Translations under genes and position numbers: made by a program
In this document: positions 60,001 to 64,000 of the stretch, piece after piece
Position numbering within the stretch: position 1 is the stretch's first letter
How the letters are laid out: the number at the start of each line of letters is the position of its first letter
Origin: an uncultured bacterium
GTDB taxonomy: Bacteria > Omnitrophota > Omnitrophia > Omnitrophales > Aquincolibacteriaceae
Length of the DNA stretch: 64,000 nt
Assembly: GCA_964482725.1 (NCBI GenBank)
Contig: CAYZYT010000009.1
Coordinates: 19,832 to 83,831, forward strand
Reading direction: 5' to 3'
The notes under the pieces: model-generated
What the model was told of the DNA's origin: nothing
What the model saw: only the letters and a program-made list of their open reading frames with translations
The model's database searches: none

Positions 60001-63000
60001 TGAACAACATTCTCGAAGAAGGCTGGATCGATCTGGCCAACGGGCAGAGGATCTATTCAGAACCCGGATTTTTGATCATTGCGACCATGAACCCCGACAG
60101 CAAACGGACGTATATCGGCAACTATCGCCTGTCGGGAGAATTCATTGACCGGTTTTCCGCTCATAAATTCGATTATCTGAACCGGGAGGAGGAGATCCGT
60201 ATCCTCCGGGATTTTAACCAATACATCCGCAAGTCATCGCCCGATGCTTACAAGAATTTCAGATCTTTGAGAACGGAATTCATTGGGGCGCTCGTAGCCA
60301 TGACAAGCGTTCTAAGGCAGAAATACCAGTCTCAGGAAATCCCGCATCCTGTTTCGATGCGGTCGCTTAAAAAACTGATCGTGACCTTATCCCGGACGCC
60401 GCGGGAGTATTTTGACGCATTTCCCGCCTTGCTTCGCGAGACCTATGTGTTTGAAGACCCCGTTCATAATGAGGCCGTTCTTGCCGCCGCGGTCCAGGCC
60501 GGGTTGCTGCAGCGGCAGCGCGATCTGTACGTTCCCGCGATGGAAGAGATCATCGCCGTGGATATCGCAACAGGCGATGCGGCTCTGGACAACCTCCTTG
60601 TGGATTTGCGTGATAACGGGATCGATGCCCCGAATGTGATACGGATCTTGTCAGCGCTGGACCGGTTCTTGCACGTGCAGATGAAAGATCTGAATGAGAA
60701 TCAAATCCTCGAATTTAAAACCGTTTTTCAGGCGCTGTACGATTTCCGCGTAGCTCGCAAAGGAGTTGCCTGCGTTCAACTGGCCGGGCAAATTCAAAAG
60801 CGCCTGGCCGGCACCCAGACATTCGAGGGCTATGTCCCGGAACTTACAGGCGAGATCCCGATGACCGGTCACTGGGATTTTTCGTCTTCCGTTCATCCCG
60901 AGATCGCCATGTATGCCCAGACGGTCACGGGCATCCTGACCGAAAAGCGGGCGCGATCGAAAGAGCCTTTCTTTTTTACCCGTATTAACGGCCGCAATTT
61001 TCTCGTGGTCCCCGAAGGCACGAAATTCAGCGATATCGAAGAGGTGCTGCGCGTGGAAGGTGTGGAGATGTACGGGGAGCAAGTGCTCGGAAGTCCCGAA
61101 GCGGGTATCCGTCTTCAAAGCGCCTATCAGCTGATGAAGTATCTTCGTGGTTTGAATGTCGGCAAAGAGGCGGTTTTGCCAGACGTCGATCCCAAGGGAA
61201 TCCTCCGCATCGGGGAAACTGAATGGAAGACCATCGCCGAACTCGGCTTGACCCCGGCCTGGGCGCGGAATATGGCGGTCTTTCTTTCCACCGAGCCGAT
61301 CGATGCCATTCTGAAGGAATCTGCATTCCGAGCGGCCGGCCGGGAGCTTATGGCTGCGAATTTTGACGAGCAAAACCGCAAGATCCTCACGACGGTATTG
61401 AAGCTTCAGAACATTAAACCGTTTGATGCCGCGAAGCTGAAGGAACCTCTCATCAAGGGTAAGGCGGATTCCTCGGAGCTTCTGGAAGCCATCAGTTTGA
61501 TGGGGGAATTCAACGACGGCTACCTCGCTGAACTCAAGAGTCTGATCTGGGCTGACGGCGCACCCCTTGTTTATTGGGCGGAGGATGTCCGGGAAGATAT
61601 CGGCCTTGTGACCGAGGTGATCAATGGACGGCAGTTCTCCTACCTTGTGCTGTCTGCCGGATTAAAGGCCAAGATGGACGATTTTGTTTCGGGCATGCTG
61701 AAGCGGAAGGAAAGGACCGCTATCACGGGTTTTCTTTACCTGCTTCTGGTCGATCTCATGACTGACGATGCTTCCCGCGGCGATGCGGATCACGCGTCGG
61801 AGTTTACGGTTGAGGGCAAGATCAAAGGATTTTTTAACCGCGCCTTGGCCTATTACCGTCTGAAGTCAAAGGCCCCCGCGGAATTTGAGGACTGGTTAAA
61901 GATCTACGGCCGCCCGGATTATCAGGCATGGTCTGAGTTTGTCCAAAAATTCACGGAAGAAACCTATATGAGCGATGAGGCGATCAGCGAAGCGGTCCGG
62001 GCTCTTTTCCCGGAGCATACCGACCAGGCGAATCTCGTGGCGGCGCTCGGAAGCCTGCTCCGGGGCTATGGCACATCTGTGTTCAGCGAGTTGAGCCAGG
62101 TCCGCACCCAGCTTGCCTGGACCCGCAACCAGCTTGAAACGGGGCGTTTAACCCGTCCGGGGCCTGAGATCAAACTGCCCGAGGAGTCGGGTCTTGAGCT
62201 GGAATTTTTGAAAATGGTGAACAAGCGCAACACCAATTTTGAGGCCCCTCATGTGATCTCTTACCGGGTCGGAGAAGACGTTTACGCCGCGTCGATCTCC
62301 CGGTCCGGGCAGGGCGGACTGTTCCAGTTCATGCGCCAGGGGAACGGTGCTTACAAAGTCACAGAGATGAATAATGATCACGAGATGATGACTTTCCTGC
62401 GCGGCATTTTTAAACGGGATAAAACAGGATTTCTTGGATCTTATACTCTCGCGGGGAAAACCCGTTTTCTCACGAAGGATCACACCGTTCCGCGTGAATA
62501 TGAGATCGATGAAACCGGCAAGATCCGTGAACTTGAAACGCGGGAGTCTTTGCTGCTTCAGGCCCTCCTTAAAAACCATCCGCCCAAAGAAGAAGAGAGT
62601 AAAAAAGGGGGTGTTTGGGAGAAAAGTATTAAGTGGCTGCGCTCCGTCGGAAAAAATAATCAGCCGATCAATCTTTTCTTGGCCTATCCGCTCGGGGAAT
62701 CGCTACGGTTGGTGAGCTTGGGACAGGACGGGAAGGCCTTCGAATATGAGTATAACGCGAAGGGAGCCTTCCGCGAGCTGGATGCCTCGGAGCCGGGGTT
62801 TGCCGACGTGCTGCGGACCGAACATGGCCGGCAGGTGAACGGTTTGGCGGATGTCTTTAGTTTTATGCTTGGAGACGAGGTGCGTTTTCAAGTGACGGGG
62901 TTTATGGGAAGCAATGTCCAACAGTATCGTCTGGATAAGGATTGGAACCTGGCGCCAGTCGCTGCGGACAAAAATGCTTTGACGGGTCTCATCGTCAACG

Positions 63001-64000
63001 GAGGCGGGAGAGGGCAAAGCTATCGGGCTTATCCGATCGTTCTGGGAGACCGGACCATTCATTTTTTAACGGCGGGACTTGGGACGAAAGTAGTCCTGCT
63101 CCAGCCCCATGTTGAAGATGTGGGCGGCGTTCAGGTCATGGAGCGCCGAGCGAAGGCGCTTGAAGCCCGCAAAGACGAACTTGAATCGGAGATCGGCGCC
63201 CTGGGATTTCTCGTCCAGCGTTCGGAAGTGCGGACAGAACTGCTGTCGGCGGTAGCGGCTGCGGCCCAGCCGTGGGTACCGGTCCTGAAAAGTTTTATTG
63301 CCAGCTCATCGCGGCCGGTAGAAATGGCGATTTTATTCTCTCCGGTGGGGATCGTATTTCTGGGGCTGGCTCGGGGCTATTGGCTGAGCGGCCGGGGGAA
63401 GGTCTCATGGATGTCGCAGAGCGGGGAACAGGCGGCAGCGATCATCCGGGGGATGCTCTGGGGAGCGCTTTTTGCTTCGGCGGCGCCTGTCGCAATGATC
63501 TTTAGAGGCTGGGAGCAAAGTCGGTCCGGAGTGCTTCCTGAAGGTAATATCCTGGGGTGGCTGCCGGATTATTTCATCGTGCTCTGCGCGATTCAGCTCT
63601 ATACGACGGCAGCTTCGCTTTGGGCCTCTCCTCGAAAAATCAATCATAAGCTTCGTCTGTTTATTGCGGGCGTGGTCCCTGTGGTTTATACCGCAGCCGA
63701 ATTCCTTGTGCCTCTGAGCGGGGCGACCGGCATTGGAGCGACCTTCAGTTGGTACGATGTCGGAGCGATCTGGCTTGCGATGGGGACGAGCCTGTTTTTC
63801 AATGCTCAGGAAAAAACAGCGGAAAATCCTAACGCCGTCACTCAACCTGTTCTGCCCTTGCTCGGCGAGAGCAACGCAGGTCAAATCACCCGTTCAGAAA
63901 CTCGGAAAAACATTGCGCAGGCCGAGATGCGGGATAAGGTGATCCGGCACGGTTTTTTTGGGCTGGCGGTGATCGCGGGTACGGCGGCTGTTTTTACCGT
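45075..64000 (+). CDS. Giant multi-enzyme protein, >6300 aa, 3'-truncated by window end (2xGT2, IMPase-like, kinase-like, patatin, CMP/dCMP-deaminase-like, MarC membrane, coiled coil, vWA, 2xAAA+, C-terminal TM)
   Basis: Frame 0 open from stop TAA at 45054 to window end. All track ORFs in 45-64 kb are in other frames. Frame relation verified against track ORFs at 46339, 55780, 63272. N-terminal signal/TM MIQKTSAHKTLIPRFFLKAISLFTVVVFLG. Confidence 0.8.
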   Translation, partial: MIQKTSAHKTLIPRFFLKAISLFTVVVFLGTSFPSQTLAQMPSTSNVTGGIDASLLASASATSGKVQEIVIPSELGTISEAYRGERGTMNVERGAENVSRSPLAVPRHGRMVVLIQDAHAVPDAQRSVEKLIEHLQKEYGVTTVAVEGAEGKLDPTLFRLFPDAEKRKSIFEDYLASGELSGAAAASVLSPYTADYVGMEDWTLYQDGVAAFLAGLGKQVDLKSHISTLKSELQRLKTKYYSEEALAFDAKLGAWNEKQNNLTELLSYLAKFVEVNAQRTTLNVLFEALAQERKAAPKLESEVKQLAKYVHETAPSAKLNGLVQDYRTGRLSLAAFAYELTELISGNKSVILSPKGEESQKRDPSVLPQDDVKIVVSAELRSIIQNHEKLVQMKGPAFIKELEAFVEDVRAKLHTTPEAKAVAVLAKQLQLLEKLSTFELSRSEWEELRAGNGERGTWNGDESIDISQKRILDLYHAPLVADFLSFYEIAIKREAVFKEKLFDLLGVNVSRFPLPAPYATNSVAFVAGGFHTGGLAAKLKEQDIPYVVISPAMKEVPQDNRYFEHMQGKVSWRSYFKPHSGRIDLFDAFNRATTEKLLGGRGQGIGDRKLNPKPYTLYAKEWRDSIIRNLAASGRVAEHAKYTHFIDEQAAGNSEEFQGLKQTWTAKLERFIEKLQFLGKNNQINEANVAKLLSQPANQTPYAVPLVPGATIPESFSGGERATHRGWTESVLTDNAQREIRKPEALTPDRKTLPAAQGRRSEVRISGASRAGENLAHDVRPQVSIVIETTLRDEVFLNQLEKYFSSEKSSEINKQVIIAVDGRSQALQRERFEKLKRLIRGFDPEKSVSHVQFVLVPGTGAVGQGIRNGIAVSTGDVVVLADDRAPLDDEIYLALASPVLQKKSEAVYDASGLYSAIKTRTMKEVRWSKRGPFRDAEIKAKFERLAYKAQVSSVLSSEEQARISARPGVSIFERVRGVLVQAFYSFIPPRSFYYGQYEFEKSMEAMARLPRLAEGEKRKVSVVISSRSGKRFFSPNEEDEGQDALRVKVEQLQTLFALNASYEWELVIVDDASPGGKTGERIAQKAKELFPEFFRSGKIRIIFSKDKKSQKGGGILFGMKDALSRSADYLVYTDVDLSADLRLIGSLLEPIVSTGVGITIGSRGHPRTRIIGKGSFRNISSVIYNSLARFILPIGKIRDTQAGFKAFSRETALAIVPEAKDVGFSFDTDLLLLAMEKGYKVEEIPVYWKDSQVGTSVSVYLWALHMTTGLLEQRIRMSERVLARPGIQPRAVLSILVSRAAIMAIRGIQSFIRAYRRVKSLIPDRPSFKAVPVPGAFELHEAVLDKRTTQEFSEKARVIVSQAGKNLAGFRERIASMDVKTKTEQGLGNRTPVTEADEALQRFIVSEIQRVFPGHFVIAEEKIEDEILRKNRENENSDYVWILDPIDGTKEFLNPGSDYYGISLALYYKGLPVLAVVHSPHFGMIETSSERSGVYLNGEPVRVRQESSIRDRHVVIDDAPQKILGSILAVGKGWKSVSHNTRSVVLNLVGMAASGQDAMAPDLFWKGGDRGPLLWDIAAASYLLKKAGGIAFSVEQGRVVEVEQAIRETILDPAQRGRHFSVLAGTPEAVLAAANALQRNLGGGMSQSTKSQDLVVERVTADQKISAVHFHYDFEIPGNQIAFPIGHAVKPQAPVLLQFKEGSFVFKKVSDSRSRAQYVVSYQKALKQSGLLSVPGLIPLKGRAGQAADDFLVELSDGYYALEEALLQGLEISYAKANLKQFEDLGALIAVFHNTSEGFELEGKKSENPLIAIVDRQKDFETLGIALRIKELMKGTAHLARGEKLFLKNYPMLISQLEILRAHLPGSRYDALPKAFVPADLSLHNMRFSGDGSSALSVYDFGKLRYQPRLEDLKNPAMSLGPEKGRTYNLDVLNAIVRGYQSAAREPLTAEELEALPEFIRGTFLWQYAGWFFLEMAKLNTDDAVYDQAVDLFQYFGRVAHDFPAGPPSPSSAEGRRSELRKGEDVLLPEVSAEGKSEIEKYLSGKTLIHSVFEGGGAKGVAYVGALEELESQNMWFKEVAGTSAGAITAALIAAGYTYPEIKKIVFESDFNQFKDLRWGIVPPWLNLMVFGGLYRGLAFEKWIAEKLKDKLGFEPVFKDLPIPLSVVSSDISNKDMLILDKDTAPDLKVAEAVRMSMGIPFFFEVYRWLGAYKRFPLAVRRMVDGGLLSNFPLFIYDEAGSKGEPVVGFMLQEIPHKKEASKGWISKLLALLKYLPAFHIASAVIETALQGQDNRHIEDDVWAKIVNIPVDVGTLDFDLTLAQKEELAARGKEATRKILGLALRGEKGKDSEVSVASIRSEVRGKSAPDAITGRRIPVSKQLLLPDWARGFIDARQGNQYRTPDERMAVAVELSRLNVENHTGGPFGAAIFERESGRLFAIGVNRVVPQNNSMAHAEMMAFVMAQARLRKFTLDRPGPGLELVTSAQPCAMCFGATPWSGVKSVVIGARGEDVESITGFDEGPIHPEWQKELESRGISVQRDVLRDEAIAELRSYVEQNGVVYNGRLSAAESVDDKQEVKSDASVRSALEPNPTGTSQNAVFQTLRQEHADGRDSQESHRPYLAEGPTSNGSVRSEIRKMWVKVAVAVAAGGLLVSGAFLLDSFLKTFLTILFVVNPIGSAVTFVSMTGEMKDAGKRESLSKKSLIAATAVGALFLFSGNLLFDFMGITLGTFMIAGGALLFTISLTSLTASTSDKRVDPNEMGVVPLGIPLIVGPATLTTLMILRGQYGWPVVIAAFLANMFLTAMLFRYSGKVIAVLGKEGAKVIGKIFNLLLAALGVTLIVKGLLTVFPGLHSDTVRPLSLPKDKPVIESSSQPGANIRFEHARFDLLAKQSGSVPPSRSEVRENTSADFQELSIHKGKQVSEILRAMGRLDHTKVWGVTSRGVLQISWGDWIEHEMNNAMQLLLSGMDLYLLGWGKDNLVTAREGWDKAEDFLMIHKAWREAVRNNFSEVIPKVHSPVAGSSRELALDRIEQPYYFMRTVFIDSPDAENNRELYIRFVDRLENVLMWFGGQVAQEVDKYEKANGPLSPKGAELFSDSRKGRSEVRDDKPLASKTVRLQIPKGIFKSMAQQPAGEPSRPDTAVAGPGPEQAEKSLKKRAVKSTPLIESLRGYYSAREKMLKAIKQGDSLVYEENLFAMAKFSRETVSLDKKKSAIEDAVEELRTSGEESFKTELIGDGLEITRVLSDEFSSVEKEQLSQAYGEFLQALGYDAVNRETLVRELMLITYPLTLMDLMPKSIKDFQTKPRALMDVFQAFESVAFAEGRGALGALIGGDVLDHDLGIHLIKQDDEVLLRSVALHEVTHYLARKNLLPFDVSSEIITQAVTMVILFHGMPYKKAVTAFEGFGSLSKEIVEQAKEDVRKKRRLMEPEELMDWVHKMIVLHKPELLHAPQDAFRDMQERFAGMYLGAYGFFVTENKSESDSLRYVIHYGSKNLPKVNHADYSRKLSSRDWEYIHKVLARLQAIAEVILQEDGIKFTARLKKDMRNMAGVRWYYNQEEHTFYYVPWDILEYGEEGSEGMLLTELFRQMYSRMEFIEGDYDTPEFRLLYGLLDTHRVVGEGIKEFSGREEAVKKFFEKKIRILNLETEKERMAQNPLFVQFSEGVFYYLATDFAESSAKNDPRITNAKVLYALTESYPAILQATALKDEKFYQWIRDEIWPHVKPLIDEDLKKLFDEMMEDEMLRQLLEEQMKEGGEMPDMPGMPGMPGMGQGRGEGNTQAGDLDPEMKAKLQKMLKEKLASMTPAEREAFLKKVKEAYQKQLRKQTDQMSDVTGQTPSSMQPGVGQPSPEQVKAGLSQVANALRGLADQVEGIKGNAGEISSSAGQASQGAAGVSEQADTLSAKPEEMSKGAMQPMDQSLGGLMDKIKALREKTFEFNRKAREIDDQANAFGNIGDAVQDQMKQLLDHADDLASLSADVHQTSAEADQEGREAGEIAGELKARLEGENPRIDGLKGRAQQIQAKMEKIDKSLEDMVKELQEARRHADGLQSSVNQVARRVESPMPQISAEGGSTAGSTGSGDPGAHGAAPSDNRERAMNARAGSRSSTGIERHHSVDSAIAEQMKRLLAEPEYQVDPETMRLPAKTVIPRITNSQSAVYQAIRKPSIQFEATLRSNILNVLHELETSLLLANQRKGRINPRALTRVNTGDQRIFQLKKIPDIKKMRLTLLIDVSGSMYSDGGNLDLDAFNPGALVGSNRINSAIRTAVMFMEAFGNDEDIELEIILVADNARIEKPFDQPVTPEFAYQVVSRILHHNLGGGNADLKGLKLAVESQDLREKEAGVQPKIIVIVADGGINYTDKEGIEKTLTTRKDIAWLPTGIGPASADVKNAYAPYGEVVDSVNQLPEKIGERLQTQIEAIVAGVTGRSELRDPQRFENFSASMVEASRNLMKDGFDYVTEDGKTYLVVSPETDGSQKYPDFKVPVRDGVSNLRKESFYASPTNIRDITKIILRAHDQSLDRTALNVQGDAGSGKNKKIYHAARLIGQNVRFMALHDDIHEDDLVERRGVNERSDGKTDWIPSAIVEAMLKGEWVILDEYNKAKPEVLARLNQIIQSRTVTLHDGTKVKAKEGFAIILTSNPPSGSGDAAVYSVAATSGEMLDRIRTINIEYLPAQEEQALLFWTLMKERKLSNTDKISREERELILQLVSAANINRTIYNGQNESGQKGTGRGRNIARPLSTRSLVNILKHIAEFPGEIHRMKSVIKRFYSYEWEKQDQILRVEEIFNHFASLNRDMPLLFNEEDLKGPVYGTNARGKRVLKFKGLEVPVSDDAPQSLEEIPLEDRVMWTPTNLRYLYDCLMDFKKGRHMLFIGEAGTGKDVIAEYVSWLLYGPKVETFGVTRNAMVEDLIAYLGLGEGERMDKGGMVIAAGKNETGLVPAYVIRAMKAGRPVILDEINKGKPEVFAVMNNILEEGWIDLANGQRIYSEPGFLIIATMNPDSKRTYIGNYRLSGEFIDRFSAHKFDYLNREEEIRILRDFNQYIRKSSPDAYKNFRSLRTEFIGALVAMTSVLRQKYQSQEIPHPVSMRSLKKLIVTLSRTPREYFDAFPALLRETYVFEDPVHNEAVLAAAVQAGLLQRQRDLYVPAMEEIIAVDIATGDAALDNLLVDLRDNGIDAPNVIRILSALDRFLHVQMKDLNENQILEFKTVFQALYDFRVARKGVACVQLAGQIQKRLAGTQTFEGYVPELTGEIPMTGHWDFSSSVHPEIAMYAQTVTGILTEKRARSKEPFFFTRINGRNFLVVPEGTKFSDIEEVLRVEGVEMYGEQVLGSPEAGIRLQSAYQLMKYLRGLNVGKEAVLPDVDPKGILRIGETEWKTIAELGLTPAWARNMAVFLSTEPIDAILKESAFRAAGRELMAANFDEQNRKILTTVLKLQNIKPFDAAKLKEPLIKGKADSSELLEAISLMGEFNDGYLAELKSLIWADGAPLVYWAEDVREDIGLVTEVINGRQFSYLVLSAGLKAKMDDFVSGMLKRKERTAITGFLYLLLVDLMTDDASRGDADHASEFTVEGKIKGFFNRALAYYRLKSKAPAEFEDWLKIYGRPDYQAWSEFVQKFTEETYMSDEAISEAVRALFPEHTDQANLVAALGSLLRGYGTSVFSELSQVRTQLAWTRNQLETGRLTRPGPEIKLPEESGLELEFLKMVNKRNTNFEAPHVISYRVGEDVYAASISRSGQGGLFQFMRQGNGAYKVTEMNNDHEMMTFLRGIFKRDKTGFLGSYTLAGKTRFLTKDHTVPREYEIDETGKIRELETRESLLLQALLKNHPPKEEESKKGGVWEKSIKWLRSVGKNNQPINLFLAYPLGESLRLVSLGQDGKAFEYEYNAKGAFRELDASEPGFADVLRTEHGRQVNGLADVFSFMLGDEVRFQVTGFMGSNVQQYRLDKDWNLAPVAADKNALTGLIVNGGGRGQSYRAYPIVLGDRTIHFLTAGLGTKVVLLQPHVEDVGGVQVMERRAKALEARKDELESEIGALGFLVQRSEVRTELLSAVAAAAQPWVPVLKSFIASSSRPVEMAILFSPVGIVFLGLARGYWLSGRGKVSWMSQSGEQAAAIIRGMLWGALFASAAPVAMIFRGWEQSRSGVLPEGNILGWLPDYFIVLCAIQLYTTAASLWASPRKINHKLRLFIAGVVPVVYTAAEFLVPLSGATGIGATFSWYDVGAIWLAMGTSLFFNAQEKTAENPNAVTQPVLPLLGESNAGQITRSETRKNIAQAEMRDKVIRHGFFGLAVIAGTAAVFT
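45322..45395 (+). repeat. Heptamer-tandem element H1: (GGGGAAC)x2..-(CGTTCCCCGTTAGC)x2, in-frame
   Basis: Encodes GERGTMNVERGAENVSRSPLAVPR. Confidence 0.6.
46121..46188 (+). repeat. Nested palindromic element (GTCATTCTGAG family), in-frame inside giant gene 2
   Basis: CGTCATTCTGAGCCCGAAGGGCGAAGAATCTCAAAAAAGAGATCCTTCGGTTTTGCCTCAGGATGACG; encodes VILSPKGEESQKRDPSVLPQDDV. Confidence 0.8.
46424..46622 (+). repeat. Heptamer-tandem element H2: (GGGGAAC)x3 ... ~140 nt ... (CGTTTCC)x2 CGTTACC, in-frame
   Basis: Encodes AGNGERGTWNGDE ... VNVSRFPLPAP; parallels H1. Confidence 0.6.
46866..46935 (+). repeat. Heptamer-tandem element H3: TAGGGGG TAGGGGA CAGGGGA TAGGCGA TAG - AAAACT - AAACCCT AAACCCT ATACGCT ATACGCT
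   Basis: Arms are imperfect inverse complements of CTAnnCC heptamers; in-frame (GGRGQGIGDRKLNPKPYTLYA). Confidence 0.6.
47420..47760 (+). other. Domain: GT2-like glycosyltransferase (partial/divergent)
   Basis: VSIVIETTLRDEVFLNQ...VVVLADDRAPLDD. Confidence 0.4.
48130..48900 (+). other. Domain: GT2 glycosyltransferase (DPM1-like)
   Basis: VSVVISSRSGKRF...WELVIVDDASPGGKTGERI...LVYTDVDLSADL...DTQAGFKAFSRE. Confidence 0.65.
49250..49900 (+). other. Domain: inositol monophosphatase family
   Basis: VIAEEKIED...YVWILDPIDGTKEFLNPGSDYYGISLAL ... WDIAAASYLLKKAGG. Confidence 0.65.
50050..51050 (+). other. Domain: APH/choline-kinase-like phosphotransferase fold (tentative)
   Basis: FVPADLSLHNMRFSGDGSSALSVYDFGKLRY resembles HGDLxxxN...IDF catalytic/DFG-like loops. 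Confidence 0.3.
51225..52050 (+). other. Domain: patatin-like phospholipase
   Basis: VFEGGGAKGVAYVGALEEL (GGGxKG), GTSAGAITAALIA (GxSxG), MVDGGLLSNFP (DGG). Confidence 0.75.
52330..52640 (+). other. Domain: CMP/dCMP-type zinc deaminase
   Basis: MAHAEMMAFVMA...(24)...SAQPCAMCFGA (HAE...PCxxC). Confidence 0.65.
53000..53640 (+). other. Domain: MarC/UPF0056-like integral membrane region (6 TM)
   Basis: FLKTFLTILFVVNPIGSAVTFVSMT ... MGVVPLGIPLIVGPATLTTLMIL. Confidence 0.5.
57770..58330 (+). other. Domain: von Willebrand factor A (MIDAS DxSxS)
   Basis: LTLLIDVSGSMYSDGG ... KIIVIVADGGINYTD. Confidence 0.6.
58650..59110 (+). other. Domain: AAA+ ATPase (AAA_5/MoxR/midasin-like) #1
   Basis: GDAGSGKNKKIYHAARLIG (Walker A) ... 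EWVILDEYNKAKPEVLARLNQIIQSRTV (Walker B) ... IILTSNP. Confidence 0.6.
59700..60200 (+). other. Domain: AAA+ ATPase (AAA_5/MoxR/midasin-like) #2
   Basis: MLFIGEAGTGKDVIAEYV ... PVILDEINKGKPEVFAVMNNILEEGWIDLANGQRIYSEPGFLIIATMNP. Confidence 0.7.
63270..64000 (+). other. Domain: C-terminal multi-TM region of giant gene 2 (continues beyond window)
   Basis: MAILFSPVGIVFLGLARGYWL..., LFASAAPVAMIF, YFIVLCAIQLYTTAASLW, FIAGVVPVVYTAAEFLVPL. Confidence 0.5.

Noticed and set aside
46339-63942. Short plus-strand ORFs in frames +1/+2 inside giant gene 2 (46339, 46963, 47899, 48815, 49321, 49777, 51022, 52594, 52822, 52997, 53689, 55780, 58147, 59672, 60412, 61574, 62434, 63272, 63733)
   Set aside because: None is in frame 0. 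All are 60-130 aa, low complexity, and nested inside the continuous frame-0 ORF that carries coherent enzyme domains

Overview
This 64-kb window is almost entirely plus-strand coding. GC content is about 55%, with low-GC promoter islands.

Two giant genes dominate it.

1. ORF 45..12437 (at least 4130 aa) has no in-frame stop upstream, so it may be 5'-truncated at the window edge. It reads as a PTS-like phosphorelay super-protein: an Enzyme I / PEP-utilizing phosphohistidine and TIM-barrel module, two HPr domains, and four CheY-like receiver domains. A SixA phosphohistidine phosphatase gene lies immediately downstream.

2. A second giant ORF starts at about 45075 and is still open at the window end (more than 6300 aa). 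It is missing from the ORF track because no stop codon falls inside the window. It strings together these domains: two GT2 glycosyltransferase domains, an inositol-monophosphatase-like domain, a kinase-like domain, a patatin phospholipase, a cytidine-deaminase-like domain, a MarC-type membrane domain, a long coiled coil, a vWA domain, two AAA+ (MoxR/midasin-like) ATPases, and a C-terminal membrane region.

Both giants carry a strongly over-represented pentapeptide R-S-E-[VILM]-R at domain boundaries. I count about 14 copies; fewer than 0.1 would be expected by chance.

Ordinary genes lie between the giants:
- tRNA-Glu, tRNA-Ala and tRNA-Leu
- sixA, a YwqK/MORN-repeat protein, a PABS-like methyltransferase and an alpha/beta hydrolase
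- mscL with a C-terminal zinc ribbon
- a GT4 glycosyltransferase overlapping a polysaccharide deacetylase
- mnmA, a bactofilin-HTH fusion, acpS and a YdjC-like deacetylase
- leuS, a GH35 galactosidase, an ExeA/GspA-like ATPase with a partner, comEC and a BamD-like coiled-coil lipoprotein
- lptE, holA, rpsT (minus strand), murJ and uvrC

Three paralogous secreted proteins share an identical mature N-terminus, (A)GKVELTTYYPAP.

Several families of small structured repeats are present:
- a roughly 70-bp nested palindrome (GTCATTCTGAG...CTCAGGATGAC) in 4 copies, 3 of them inserted in-frame inside coding sequence (2 in leuS, 1 in the second giant gene), reminiscent of Rickettsia RPE elements
- imperfectly inverted heptamer-tandem elements, in-frame in the second giant gene and at the uvrC 5' end
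- a 12-bp-stem hairpin family that is G.U-tolerant (so strand-specific as RNA), with a compensatory substitution, in a triple tandem array upstream of the second giant gene plus one dispersed copy
- a duplicated tRNA-Glu 3' end flanked by hairpins, which looks like an att-site footprint

I saw no transposase, integrase or CRISPR-cas genes. Domain calls rest on motif recognition by eye, not searches. Coordinates not anchored to the ORF track are approximate, about ±5 nt. The giant-gene architecture fits what has been reported for Omnitrophota-like uncultivated bacteria, but that is inference only.
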